Assembly: GCA_963701825.1 (NCBI GenBank)
Contig: CAVPBG010000002.1
Location: 731,669-795,668 of the forward strand
Origin: an uncultured Actinomycetes bacterium
GTDB lineage: Bacteria; Actinomycetota; Acidimicrobiia; IMCC26256; PALSA-610
Direction: 5' to 3'
DNA length: 64,000 bases
Shown here: one piece after another, positions 55,593-64,000 of the stretch
How positions within the stretch are numbered: the first letter of the stretch is position 1
Layout: each line of letters begins with the position of its first letter
The notes under the pieces: model-generated
The model's database searches: none
Told to the model about the DNA's origin: nothing
Seen by the model: the letters and a program-made list of their open reading frames with translations, nothing else
Position numbers and translations under genes: made by a program

Positions 55593-57842
55593 GTGGTTCG
55601 CAGCGGGGCGCCGAGCAACAGCTCCGACGTACGTGAGGCCGAGGGCGAGCCCGAGGTTCCGCCGGTCGTCGTGCCCGAACAGACCGGCGCGCGTCCGTTG
55701 GATCGCGTGTGGCGCTTCACGGGCTGGCTGGCGTTTCTGACGTTCATCGTGCACGTGCTCGCCGCGAACCGGATGCACGTCCCGATCATCCAGGGCGACG
55801 AAGCGGGCTACCTCGGCAACGCGCGCTACATCGTCTCGGGGATCGGCCGCACCCACGCCGGGTACGCGGCGGGGTACAGCCTGCTGCTCGTACTGCCCAC
55901 GCTGCTCAGCCACGATCCGCTGACCGTGTACCACCTCGCGCTCGGGGTGAACGCGCTGTTGGCCGCGAGCCTGCCGGTGCTCGCGGTGTTCCTCGCCCGG
56001 CGGGTGTTCCCGCGCGCTTCGACGACTGCGCTCGTCGTGACCGCGCTGCTGGTCGTGTTGTATCCGGGCTGGTCGACGATCGCGAACATGGCGCTCTCCG
56101 AGAATGCGCTGGTGCCGACGGTGCTGGCCACCGCGTGCGTGATCGCGGTGGCGCGCCACTCGACCTTCCGGTGGTGCGTGGCCGGCGCGCTCGCGAGCTA
56201 TACCTGCGCGGTCAATCCGCGCGGCATTCTCGTCGTGGTCGCGTTCGCCATCGCGGTCGTCATCGCGACCGAGCCCTGGAAGCGACGCGCGCCGGCGATC
56301 CCCGCGCTCGCGGTGGCATTCGTGGGGACCGTCGCGGGCCGCGTGCTCAACATCGCGGTGGCCGGTACCAGCCACGTGGCCGGGGTGAAGGGCGACGCCG
56401 GCGGCCAAGCCCTGAAGCCGTTGCTCCATCCGCACCTCTGGAACGACGCGGCCGCGAACATCCTCGGCCGCGTCGCGTACACCAGCATCGCGACCTTTGG
56501 CGTAGCGATCGCCGGGGCGTTGGTGCTGGCCTTCGCGCTCGCCCGCCGTCCACCGGCCGCGGCCGCGGCCGACGCCTTGTTCCCGGTCGCCGCGTTCGCA
56601 CTACCCGCCCTGGTGCTGACGCTGGTCGTCAGTGCGTTGAGCGCGGTGCAGGTGCCGCTCACGGGAGTCGACTATCTCGTCTACGGGCGTTATGTCGACG
56701 GAGTCCTGGCGCCGGTGCTCATCGTCGGTGCGGCGTGGCTCTTCGAGCAGACGCCGGCCCTCGCCCGGCGCGCCGAGATCACCCGCGCGCTCGTGGTCGG
56801 CGCACTCTTGGCGGTCGTGGTGTTGGCGTTTGCGTTGATACGCCCACCCGCGATCAAAGGTGCGGGACTGAACATCGCGAACGTCCTCGCGCTGCGCATC
56901 TACGTCGTGCATCTGCACTGGTCGCTGCCCGCCGTGTTGCTCGCCGGGGTGGCGCTCACCACGGTGGCCCTGGTTCTCGTCGCGGTCGACCGCCGGCTCG
57001 GCGCCGCGTTCATGCTGACCTTCCTCGCGTTCTCGTCGTGGACCGCGTACAACGACTACGCGGTGCACGATTCGGCCGGGCGCGCGGCGCAGCACGTTTT
57101 GGTCGAAGGCATCGAGCGACTACACGCACTCGGCGTAGATACCTCGTGTGTCATCCGCGACGACGCGACCCCACTGTCGTTGTGGCACATCGCGAACTAC
57201 GAATTCTTCGTACCCGCCTCCGCGTTCCCCGACCCGACGCCGCCGGCGCCGCAATGCGGGCCGCTCATCGTGTCGGCCGACGCGGATGTCGACTCCCGTT
57301 TCCCGGGCGCGCGACCGGTGTCGTTCGAGAACGACATCCCCCTGGGTCTCTGGGTGATCCTGCCCCGTGTTCCCGAACCGGCCCGGGTGGTGATCCTGCA
57401 ACACGGACTCGTGGGCCCGGTGCCGGTGACCGGCGCGCTGCCCGAGGCCGCCTACCGGTCGTCGATCCATGTCGTGCCCGACGCCGCCGGCCGGGGTGGC
57501 CTGCGGCTGCATCTGAGCGTGGTTCATGTCGGCGCGGGCGCGCCGTGGCCCGGTTCGTTGAGCGCGATCCAACCCAAGGGTGTCGGGATCGTCCGCTTCA
57601 TCGTGACGGTCGAGGACACCGCGGGCCAGGTTCGTTACACGGCTCGGTGTCCCGTGCCGCGGACGATGCTGCCGAGTGACGAGACGACGAGCGAGTGCGT
57701 CGTGCAGTTCACGAGCGGCGGCCGCCCGTCGGAGTTGCCGCCCGGCCGGTACAGCGTGCGGGTCGGCCTGATCCAAGAGGGCGTCACGGCGTTCTCGACG
57801 AAGGGCGACGCGAGCGGCGTCACGTCGGTCACAATTCACTAG
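55593..57842 (+). CDS. large polytopic membrane protein, GT-C-type (ArnT/PMT-like) glycosyltransferase candidate with C-terminal extracytoplasmic domain
   Basis: About 13 TM helices are seen. The first loop carries QGDEAGYLGNARY (a DE..Y motif, as in GT-C enzymes). The soluble tail is about 240 aa. 749 aa, intact. Confidence 0.7.
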   Translation: MVRSGAPSNSSDVREAEGEPEVPPVVVPEQTGARPLDRVWRFTGWLAFLTFIVHVLAANRMHVPIIQGDEAGYLGNARYIVSGIGRTHAGYAAGYSLLLVLPTLLSHDPLTVYHLALGVNALLAASLPVLAVFLARRVFPRASTTALVVTALLVVLYPGWSTIANMALSENALVPTVLATACVIAVARHSTFRWCVAGALASYTCAVNPRGILVVVAFAIAVVIATEPWKRRAPAIPALAVAFVGTVAGRVLNIAVAGTSHVAGVKGDAGGQALKPLLHPHLWNDAAANILGRVAYTSIATFGVAIAGALVLAFALARRPPAAAAADALFPVAAFALPALVLTLVVSALSAVQVPLTGVDYLVYGRYVDGVLAPVLIVGAAWLFEQTPALARRAEITRALVVGALLAVVVLAFALIRPPAIKGAGLNIANVLALRIYVVHLHWSLPAVLLAGVALTTVALVLVAVDRRLGAAFMLTFLAFSSWTAYNDYAVHDSAGRAAQHVLVEGIERLHALGVDTSCVIRDDATPLSLWHIANYEFFVPASAFPDPTPPAPQCGPLIVSADADVDSRFPGARPVSFENDIPLGLWVILPRVPEPARVVILQHGLVGPVPVTGALPEAAYRSSIHVVPDAAGRGGLRLHLSVVHVGAGAPWPGSLSAIQPKGVGIVRFIVTVEDTAGQVRYTARCPVPRTMLPSDETTSECVVQFTSGGRPSELPPGRYSVRVGLIQEGVTAFSTKGDASGVTSVTIH

Positions 57843-58396
57843 TGCGCAGACTCGTGACGATCGCCATCGCAGTGGTGATCGCCGTGATCGTGTTGGCCGG
57901 CGGTATCGCGGTGTTCCGTCACGAGACCGCGACCGTTGCGAGTGACGAGACCGCATTGCGCAAGGACACACGGTGCCCGGCGTCGACGCCTGATGCGTGT
58001 GTCAGCGCGGCGGCCGCGGCCTTCGGGCTCCCGGTGAGCGCGATGCCGGGCATCTCGATCCCGGCCGGGTTCACGTACCGATCCGGCTCGGTCGGACGCG
58101 ACGGCGCGGGCGTGCCGAACGCGGCCTTCGACTTTGCGGTCGGGCCCGACACGTTTACGTTGCGCGTGGCGGCGCGCGGGTCGTTCTCGACCCAAGCGGT
58201 GAACCAGATGAAGTCATGGACCGTCACCGAAGGCCGGGCCGGCCGTCAGTACCGCGAGGTCGGCGATCGCGCCGGCGTCGCGTCGCTCGTCTATATCGAC
58301 CCGACGTTCGTGTACTCGGTGGACACGGCCCAAGGCGACCTCACCGCGTCGGCCCAACTCACGCCCGCCACGCAGATCCTCGACGCCATCCACTGA
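57842..58396 (+). CDS. membrane-anchored hypothetical protein
   Basis: The GTG at 57842 overlaps the upstream TAG. A single TM helix (LVTIAIAVVIAVIVLAGGIAVF) is present. I recognise no domain. Confidence 0.6.
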   Translation: MRRLVTIAIAVVIAVIVLAGGIAVFRHETATVASDETALRKDTRCPASTPDACVSAAAAAFGLPVSAMPGISIPAGFTYRSGSVGRDGAGVPNAAFDFAVGPDTFTLRVAARGSFSTQAVNQMKSWTVTEGRAGRQYREVGDRAGVASLVYIDPTFVYSVDTAQGDLTASAQLTPATQILDAIH

Positions 58397-58412
58397 GGCC
58401 TTCCGCCAATTT

Positions 58413-58979
58413 GTGGCCGCCGCTGTCAACCGGGTGGCCCCGTCCTGCGTGGAAGGATGGATGGCAAGCATCACCGTGGCGCGCGATGCAGGCGGGGGAG
58501 TGGTCGAGTCCGATTTCGACGAGATGTTTCCCGAGCTGTTTCGGGCCGCCTATCGGGTCGCGTATCGGCTGCTCGGTTCGCGCGAGGACGCCGCGGACTG
58601 TGCGCAGGAAGCCTGCGCGCGGGCGTGCACGCGGTGGGACGAGCTCGCGCGGTCCGGTAGCCCGGTGCCCTGGGTGGTTCGCGTTAGCGGGAATCTCGCG
58701 ATCGATCGTTGGCGGCGTGATCGTCGCACGGCGCCCACCGATCCGGGGCGCGCCGACGCCTCCGGTCTTGATGCGGAACGAGTCGACCTCTGGCGTGCGC
58801 TCGAAGGGTTGTCGCGCCGCCAGCGTGAGGTTGTGGTGCTGCGCTATCTGGCCGACGTGTCGGAAGCGGAGACCGCAGTGCTGCTCGGGTGCTCGATCGG
58901 CTCGGTGAAGACGCACGCGTCGCGTGGCCTCGCCGCGTTGCGAACCGCGCTGACGATCGACGACGAGGAGCTCCGATGA
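58413..58979 (+). CDS. ECF-type RNA polymerase sigma-70 family factor
   Basis: Region 2 (FRAAYRVAYRLLGSREDAADCAQEACARA) and the region 4 HTH (LSRRQREVVVLRYLADVSEAETAVLLGCSIGSVKTHASRG) are present. An alternative ATG start is at 58461. Confidence 0.85.
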   Translation: MAAAVNRVAPSCVEGWMASITVARDAGGGVVESDFDEMFPELFRAAYRVAYRLLGSREDAADCAQEACARACTRWDELARSGSPVPWVVRVSGNLAIDRWRRDRRTAPTDPGRADASGLDAERVDLWRALEGLSRRQREVVVLRYLADVSEAETAVLLGCSIGSVKTHASRGLAALRTALTIDDEELR

Positions 58980-59881
58980 GATTCGCCGATCTCGACGACG
59001 CCGCCCCGCCGGAACCCGACCGCGATGTGCTGCTGCGCGTACGACGGCGCAGTGAGAGTTTGCGGAATCGTCGCCGGCTCCGAATCGCGTCGGTCGTGGC
59101 CTTCGTCGTTGGCGTCGCTCTGGGAGTCGGCGACCTGGCGTTGCACTCCCGCACCCCGGGCCACCGCGTCGCGGTCGGCGGCACTGCACCGTCCCGGCCG
59201 GTCGACATCGCCGGCACATGGACCCCCCGCACCGTCGCCGGCTACGCCGGGCCGATCGACAACTTTGCCTGGCATACAACACCGTTCCTGCGCTTCGACG
59301 GCGTGCACACGTGGAACGGCGCCGACGGCTGCAACAGCATCGGCGGCTCGTACACGCTGCAACCCGACGGCGAGTTCCGAACCGCCGGCGCGGAGGGCGG
59401 GACGCTGGTGCTGTGTAGCGGCCCGACTTTTCCGACCGTCGCGATCTTGCACAACACGACGAGAATCGAACGCACGCCCGAACAGCTGACGTTCATCGGC
59501 GCCCACGGCAAAGTCGTCGCGACCTACGCGCTCGTGCCGAACCAGTCTCAATCGCGCGACTGGGCCGGCGAAGTGAACGACGTTCGCAAGGATGGGCGCA
59601 GCGCGTACGTGTCACAGTCGATCGATGTCGTGAAGCCGGGTACCTACACGCTTGTGTTCGGCCCGCTCAGTCAGGTCGACGACGCGCGCTTTGCGAAGGC
59701 TGGGAACGTCAATGGTGCTGTCGGTGAAAGCGAGGCGGACGACCTGACCTTCGACGGACGGCCGGAACAATGGAACGCCGTGCGCGTGGTTGTAGACGGA
59801 AAGTCGTACCTGCAGATGCCTTATTCCGTCACCGCAGTTCGCACTCGGTACGACGGCTTCCGCGTGCTGCTGCAGTTCTGA
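58976..59881 (+). CDS. putative anti-sigma factor: single-pass membrane protein with META (HslJ-like) domain
   Basis: There is an ATGA overlap with the sigma gene. A cytoplasmic segment, a TM helix (IASVVAFVVGVALGV), and then IAGTWTP..FDGVHTWNGADGCNSIGGSYTL (META motif) follow. Confidence 0.7.
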   Translation: MRFADLDDAAPPEPDRDVLLRVRRRSESLRNRRRLRIASVVAFVVGVALGVGDLALHSRTPGHRVAVGGTAPSRPVDIAGTWTPRTVAGYAGPIDNFAWHTTPFLRFDGVHTWNGADGCNSIGGSYTLQPDGEFRTAGAEGGTLVLCSGPTFPTVAILHNTTRIERTPEQLTFIGAHGKVVATYALVPNQSQSRDWAGEVNDVRKDGRSAYVSQSIDVVKPGTYTLVFGPLSQVDDARFAKAGNVNGAVGESEADDLTFDGRPEQWNAVRVVVDGKSYLQMPYSVTAVRTRYDGFRVLLQF

Positions 59882-59885
59882 GGCG

Positions 59886-61114
59886 TTAAATCCGGTCGAG
59901 CTCCAGCATCTTGATCGCGTTGCCGCGCAGGACCTTGTAGGCGATGTCGTCGTCGAAGTCGGCGAGCATCTTCTCGACGTACTCCTTCGAGTTCGGCCAC
60001 GTCGTGTCGGTGTGCGGGTAGTCGGTCTCGAAGCAGATGTTGTCCTCGCCGACCTCGGCGAGCGAGTGCAGGCCGTGGTGGTCGGCGGTGAAGCACCCGA
60101 AGATGCGGCCGTAGTAGTAGGTCGACGGCGGCTCCGGGATCCGCTCCTTCGAGTGCTGCCAGCGTCGTGCTGCTCCCACACCGTGTCGGCCCGCTCGAGC
60201 GCGTACGGGATCCAGCCGATCTGGCCCTCGGAGTACGCGAGCTTCAGCTTCGGGAACTCGATGAGCTTGCCCGAGAACAACCAGTCGGCCAGCGACGCCA
60301 TCGAGTTGTTGAACGCGAGCGTCCCGCCGACCCCGCCCGGCGCGTCGGGCGACGCGGCCGGGTTCGTCGACGACGAGCCGATGTGCATGCACAGCGTCAC
60401 GCCGGTGTCGTTGCACACCTGGAACACCGGGTCCCATTCGCCGCTGTGGATCGTCGGCAGCTTCAAGTGGTGGGGCAGCTCACTGAAACAGAACGCCCGC
60501 ACACCGCGATCGGCGTTGCGCTGGATCTCCTGCGGCCGCGAGCTCGACGTCCCAGAGCGGCATGATGCAGAGCGGGATGTTCACGCCGCCCGACGGCGCG
60601 CACCACTCCTCGACCATCCAGTCGTTGTACGCCTTCACGCACGCGAGCCCGAGCTCTTTGTCGTCGGCTCTCGTAGAACGTCTGCCCGCAAAAGCGCGGG
60701 AACGTCGGGAACGGCAGCGAGCCGTCGATCCAGTTGCGCTCGAAGTCCTTGACCATGCGGGCGTCGCGGTCGTAACAGCCCGGGCGCATCTCGTCGTAGG
60801 TGAGCGCCTCCATGACCATCTTCGAGCGGTCGAACTTCGACGAGGTCGCCGCCCGGCGTGGCCTCGAGCGGGATCGCGACGAACCGCTTGTGCACGTAGA
60901 TCAGCCGGTCCTCGAAGTACCAGGCGTCGCCCCACAGGCCCTCGGGGTCTTCGGTGTTGACGTACTTCGCGCCGGGCTTGTGCGCGAACGCGCCCCACTG
61001 CTTGCGCTCGACCCGCGGGCCCTGCTCGCGGTACTTCTCCGGCAGCCACGTCTGCCACACGTGCGCGGGCTCGACGACGTGGTCGTCGACACTGATGATC
61101 TTGGGCAGGTCCAT
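59886..61114 (-). pseudogene. amidohydrolase-2 (ACMSD/decarboxylase-like) family protein; about four apparent frameshifts
   Basis: MDLPKIISVDDHVVEP..VAIPLEATPGGDLVE | FDRSKMVMEALTYDEMRPGCYD..FCGQTFYE | ADDKELGLACVKAYNDWMVEEW..LWDVELAAA | EIQRNADRGVRAFCFSELPHH..CMHIGSSS..ERADTVWEQHDA | WQHSKERIPEPPSTYYYGRIFGCF..ETDYPHTD..*. The shifts are near 60838, 60670 and 60533 (all +1) and 60163 (-1). Confidence 0.8.
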
Positions 61115-61158
61115 TCCCTGACGTTAGCGTCAGGTTGGCGGCCGGGCCAGGGTTCCGC

Positions 61159-62421
61159 TTACGGGCACACCTTCACGTCGATGTTCGCCAGCCCCGTCGG
61201 CGCGTACTTGTCAGGGTTGGCGCCGCCGGCGAAGCGGTCGGTGATCCAGTGCACCATGTCGGCCGCCGACGGTTTGATCACGCCCGCGTGCGACTGGCCC
61301 GGGTACACCCAACGCTCGAGGTCCTGACCGAGGCTGCAGAGGTGGGTGGCGAGGATCTGCGTCGACACGACCGGGATCTGCTCGTCGTTGCCGCCCTGGA
61401 TCATGAGCAGCGGTACCGGGCTCTTGGCCGTGAACTGCTGCGGGTCGTTCTTCTCGAGCGCGATCTTCCAGAGCGGGATCGTGAAGGGGTCGCCCTTGGT
61501 GAGGGAGGCGGTGTCGACGTTGCCGAGCTGCTTGGACAGATAGTCGGAGCAGCCCTTGTCGAGATCGGGAACGTAGGTCATGCCTTTCGGCGTCAGCACC
61601 TGGTCGAGCGGCGCGGCGGCGTCGCCGTACGCGGCGTTGAGGCCGCCCGCGGCCATCAGCAGGTAATAACGGTAGGGGCTCGTCTTCAAGAAGGCGTAGA
61701 TGAGGTTGAACTGCGACGGCGGCGCACCGGCCACGACGCCCTTCATGTGCAGCTCGGGCGCGTACGTCGGTCCGATGTGGAGCGTGAACATCGCGGTCTG
61801 GCCACCCTCGCTGTGCCCCCACACGACGTAGTCGTCGCTCGCGTGCGCGGCGGGCAGGTTGCGCGCGGCGCGCACGATGTCGATCGTGTTGCGGGCCGCG
61901 CTGTCGCCCGCGATGTACGGCAACAGTCCGGGCGTGCCCTCACCCTGGTAGTCGCTGGCGGTGACCTCCCAGCCCTGGGCGAGCAGTGTGTTGACGAGCG
62001 GAACCGCGTTCGTCGGATCGAGCGAAGGCGAGCAGATGTCGGCCATGCCGTTCGTGCCGTGACCCCACGTCACGACCGGGTAGCCGGTGGCGGGCGCGGT
62101 GGTCTTCGGCACGATCACGAGACCGGTGACGGGGGTCGGCTTGTTGTCGACGGTCGTCGACACGTAGAGCACCCGGTAGACCGTGCCGTCGACGGCGGCG
62201 TCGGGCACGACCGCGGACTTGATCAGGGCTCCGGGCTGGGTCGGGATCGGCTCGGAGAACGAATAGAACGCCGGCAGACCCGCGGGCGCGGGCACGATCG
62301 ACGTGCTGGTCGTGGGCGGGGCCGAGGTGGGGGTCGGGGCCGAGGTCTTCGCGGAGGAGGAACAGGCCGCGATCACGAGCGTGGCGGCGGTGACGGCGAT
62401 CAGGAGCTTGGGGGCGCGCAT
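61159..62421 (-). CDS. secretory lipase (LIP family) lipoprotein
   Basis: The ATG at 62421 gives MRAPKLLIAVTAATLVIAACSS, a lipobox. GHSEGG is the nucleophile elbow. The protein resembles the LIP family throughout. Intact. Confidence 0.85.
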   Translation of the reverse strand: MRAPKLLIAVTAATLVIAACSSSAKTSAPTPTSAPPTTSTSIVPAPAGLPAFYSFSEPIPTQPGALIKSAVVPDAAVDGTVYRVLYVSTTVDNKPTPVTGLVIVPKTTAPATGYPVVTWGHGTNGMADICSPSLDPTNAVPLVNTLLAQGWEVTASDYQGEGTPGLLPYIAGDSAARNTIDIVRAARNLPAAHASDDYVVWGHSEGGQTAMFTLHIGPTYAPELHMKGVVAGAPPSQFNLIYAFLKTSPYRYYLLMAAGGLNAAYGDAAAPLDQVLTPKGMTYVPDLDKGCSDYLSKQLGNVDTASLTKGDPFTIPLWKIALEKNDPQQFTAKSPVPLLMIQGGNDEQIPVVSTQILATHLCSLGQDLERWVYPGQSHAGVIKPSAADMVHWITDRFAGGANPDKYAPTGLANIDVKVCP

Positions 62422-62494
62422 CGGCGCAGCGTACGCAAGGAAGGCGTCAGGCGCGGGCCATTCACGCGCCCGGCCTTCCGCGTAGGCTCCGGCC

Positions 62495-63631
62495 GTGGAG
62501 CTCGACCTTCCCCTGTATCGCCGTGGCGTGCTTGCGTGCCAACACCTCGAACGCGCCATCGCGGCCAAGGTGATCGACGCGGGACGATTCACGATCCCGC
62601 ACGAGAACATCCAACCCGCGAGCCTCGACCTCCGGCTCGGTGAGGTCGCGTACCGCATTCGCTGCAGCTTCCTGCCCGGGCAGGAATCGGTCGAGCGGCG
62701 CGTGAAGGACTACATCATCGACGAGCTCGACCTCCGCAAGGACGGCGTGGTCCTCGAGAGCAAGCGGCCGTATCTCATCCCGTTGAAGGAACGGCTGTCG
62801 CTGCCGGAGAAGGTGCGGGGCAAGGCGAATCCGAAGAGCTCGACCGGGCGCATCGACGTGTTCACGCGCGTCATCACCGATCACAGCTACCGCTTCGACG
62901 AGATCGCCGCTGGTTACGACGGCCCCTTGTATCTCGAAGTGGTTCCGTTGTCGTTCCCGGTGCGCGTGCGTGAAGACCTGTCGTTGAACCAGCTCCGTTT
63001 GTCGGTCGGGTCCGCGCTGTTGACCGACGACGACGTGCGCGCGTTCCACAACGGCGATCCGTTGTTGTTCAACCGCGGAGAACCGGTCCCCGAATCGAAG
63101 TTGGCCTTCGGCGGAGGGTTGTTCCTCGGCCTCGACCTGCACGGCGACGCCGGTGGGTTCGTGGGGCACCGGGCGCGCGACAACGCGCCGCTGCTCGACG
63201 TGGCCAAGAGCGCGGAAGTGCCCGTCGATCCGGAACCGTTCTGGGAATCGGTGAAGCACGAAGAAGGCGATCGGGTGGTGCTCACGCCCCAGCGTTTCTA
63301 TCTGTTGATGAGCAACGAAGCGGTGTGCATCCCGCCGACGCTCGCGTCGGAGATGACGGCGTACGACCCCACGAGTGGTGAGCTGCGTACGCACTATGCG
63401 GGCTTCTTCGATCCCGGCTTCGGATTCGATCCCGGCGGGCACTCGGTCGGGTCGCGGGCCGCGCTCGAAGTGCGCGCCCACGACGTGCCGTTCATGATCG
63501 AGCACGGCCAACGCGTCTGCAAGCTGACGTTCGAGCAGATGTTGGAAGCGCCCGACCGCCTCTACGGGCAGGGCATCGGCTCGAACTACCAGGGTCAGCG
63601 CGAGACGCTGAGCAAGCACTTCGCGCGGTAG
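62495..63631 (+). CDS. 2'-deoxycytidine 5'-triphosphate deaminase-like protein (long, two-lobed DCD family)
   Basis: 378 aa. PASLDLRLG, GKANPKSSTGRIDVF and a second lobe (..AYDPTSGELRTHYAGFFDPGFG) are as in the roughly 360-aa DCD (PF06559-type) proteins. Confidence 0.8.
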   Translation: MELDLPLYRRGVLACQHLERAIAAKVIDAGRFTIPHENIQPASLDLRLGEVAYRIRCSFLPGQESVERRVKDYIIDELDLRKDGVVLESKRPYLIPLKERLSLPEKVRGKANPKSSTGRIDVFTRVITDHSYRFDEIAAGYDGPLYLEVVPLSFPVRVREDLSLNQLRLSVGSALLTDDDVRAFHNGDPLLFNRGEPVPESKLAFGGGLFLGLDLHGDAGGFVGHRARDNAPLLDVAKSAEVPVDPEPFWESVKHEEGDRVVLTPQRFYLLMSNEAVCIPPTLASEMTAYDPTSGELRTHYAGFFDPGFGFDPGGHSVGSRAALEVRAHDVPFMIEHGQRVCKLTFEQMLEAPDRLYGQGIGSNYQGQRETLSKHFAR

Positions 63632-63645
63632 CGCGGTCTCGCGCT
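63630..63645. terminator. short GC hairpin between convergent genes (weak terminator candidate)
   Basis: AGCGCG-gtct-CGCGCT, a 6-bp stem with a 4-nt loop. It overlaps the TAG of 62495..63631 and the stop of the downstream convergent gene. There is no U-tract. Confidence 0.3.
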
Positions 63646-64000
63646 TACGCGGGCTCGGTCTGTTCGTTGCCGTCGCGGTTGTGCTGCGCGACGAGCGCGT
63701 CGAGCACTTCGCCGACGTGGTCGACGATGGCGAGATGTCCTTCGTCCGGCCACTGCAGGACCGTCGCGCCGGGTATGCGCCGGGCGAGCTCGACGGTGTG
63801 GTGCACGGGGACGATCTCGTCGGTGGTCGCGTGCCAACAGCACACGGGGACGGCGATCTCCTCGACCGGGAAACCCCACGGCCGGCCGAGCGCGGCGTAG
63901 TCGTCGACGACTCCGCTCGAACCGTGCGCGCAGGATTGTGTGAACACCGCGAGCGCGGCGCGTGCGGAGGGGAACTCGGCCATCACCATGCGGTCGGGGG
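63645..64000 (-). CDS. alpha/beta hydrolase, C-terminal part (5' end beyond window)
   Basis: The ORF is open to the window edge. PVCCWHATTDEIVPVHH...DEGHLAIVDH is the typical Asp/His end of an alpha/beta hydrolase. Confidence 0.7.
   Translation of the reverse strand, partial: PDRMVMAEFPSARAALAVFTQSCAHGSSGVVDDYAALGRPWGFPVEEIAVPVCCWHATTDEIVPVHHTVELARRIPGATVLQWPDEGHLAIVDHVGEVLDALVAQHNRDGNEQTEPA

Noticed and set aside
55296-57971. Alternative long ORFs over the GT-C membrane gene (55296..56435 -, 55709..57679 +, 57120..57971 -)
   Set aside because: The 55593 frame gives a coherent ~13-helix membrane protein. The alternatives are Arg/Pro-rich with no hydrophobic periodicity.
61135-63619. 502-aa plus-strand ORF over the lipase gene and 385-aa minus-strand ORF over the DCD-like gene
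   Set aside because: They run antisense to intact genes with a lipobox/GHSEGG motif and DCD motifs respectively. These are shadow ORFs.
1-64000. rRNA, tRNA, riboswitch or other structured RNA genes in intergenic regions
   Set aside because: Intergenic regions are short, mostly under 200 nt. I saw no cloverleaf-compatible segments or recognisable riboswitch cores. I cannot exclude small RNAs without covariance-model searches.

Overview
High-GC chromosomal segment, roughly 70-80% GC in most hand-counted lines. Gene content points to Actinomycetota: F420-type LLM and PPOX oxidoreductases, a DUF222-HNH gene, an SCO6745-like gene, and an igr-like lipid/steroid side-chain beta-oxidation block. I support about 60 protein-coding genes. 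I saw no rRNA, tRNA, CRISPR array, transposase or integrase. All functions are assigned from motifs I recognise in the supplied translations, without any database search.

Main blocks:
- Circularly permuted ATP-grasp / alpha-E / transglutaminase triad (3.5-6.9 kb).
- Desaturase, MarR-MFS and HIT housekeeping genes (9.9-16.6 kb).
- A large secreted propeller protein (16.8-19.2 kb).
- An intact putrescine/GABA catabolic divergon (19.1-23.8 kb).
- UvrD-like helicase, plus a thiolase and an HMGS-like::DUF35 fusion (25.1-30.7 kb).
- A lower-GC islet containing DUF222-HNH (30.7-34.7 kb).
- An igr-like CoA-transferase / ACAD / MaoC block (36.3-42.1 kb).
- A MauE-like / CxxC-thioredoxin / orphan / Tat-exported Cys-rich propeller operon (44.2-47.3 kb). 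This is my best candidate for an undescribed system.
- A GT2 / FAD-oxidoreductase / MIOX-like operon (47.4-50.4 kb).
- A GT-C membrane protein with an ECF sigma/anti-sigma pair (55.6-59.9 kb).
- A secreted lipase and a long dCTP-deaminase-like gene (61.2-63.6 kb).

One feature runs through the whole window. About 33 single-nucleotide reading-frame breaks fall in 16 otherwise well-preserved genes. Almost all are net +1, and they are strongly clustered. I call these genes pseudogene/frameshifted, but assembly or sequencing error is the likelier cause.

Limits: frameshift positions are approximate (about +/-10 nt), and several start codons are uncertain. Most very long ORFs in the six-frame track are GC-driven shadow ORFs, and I rejected them.
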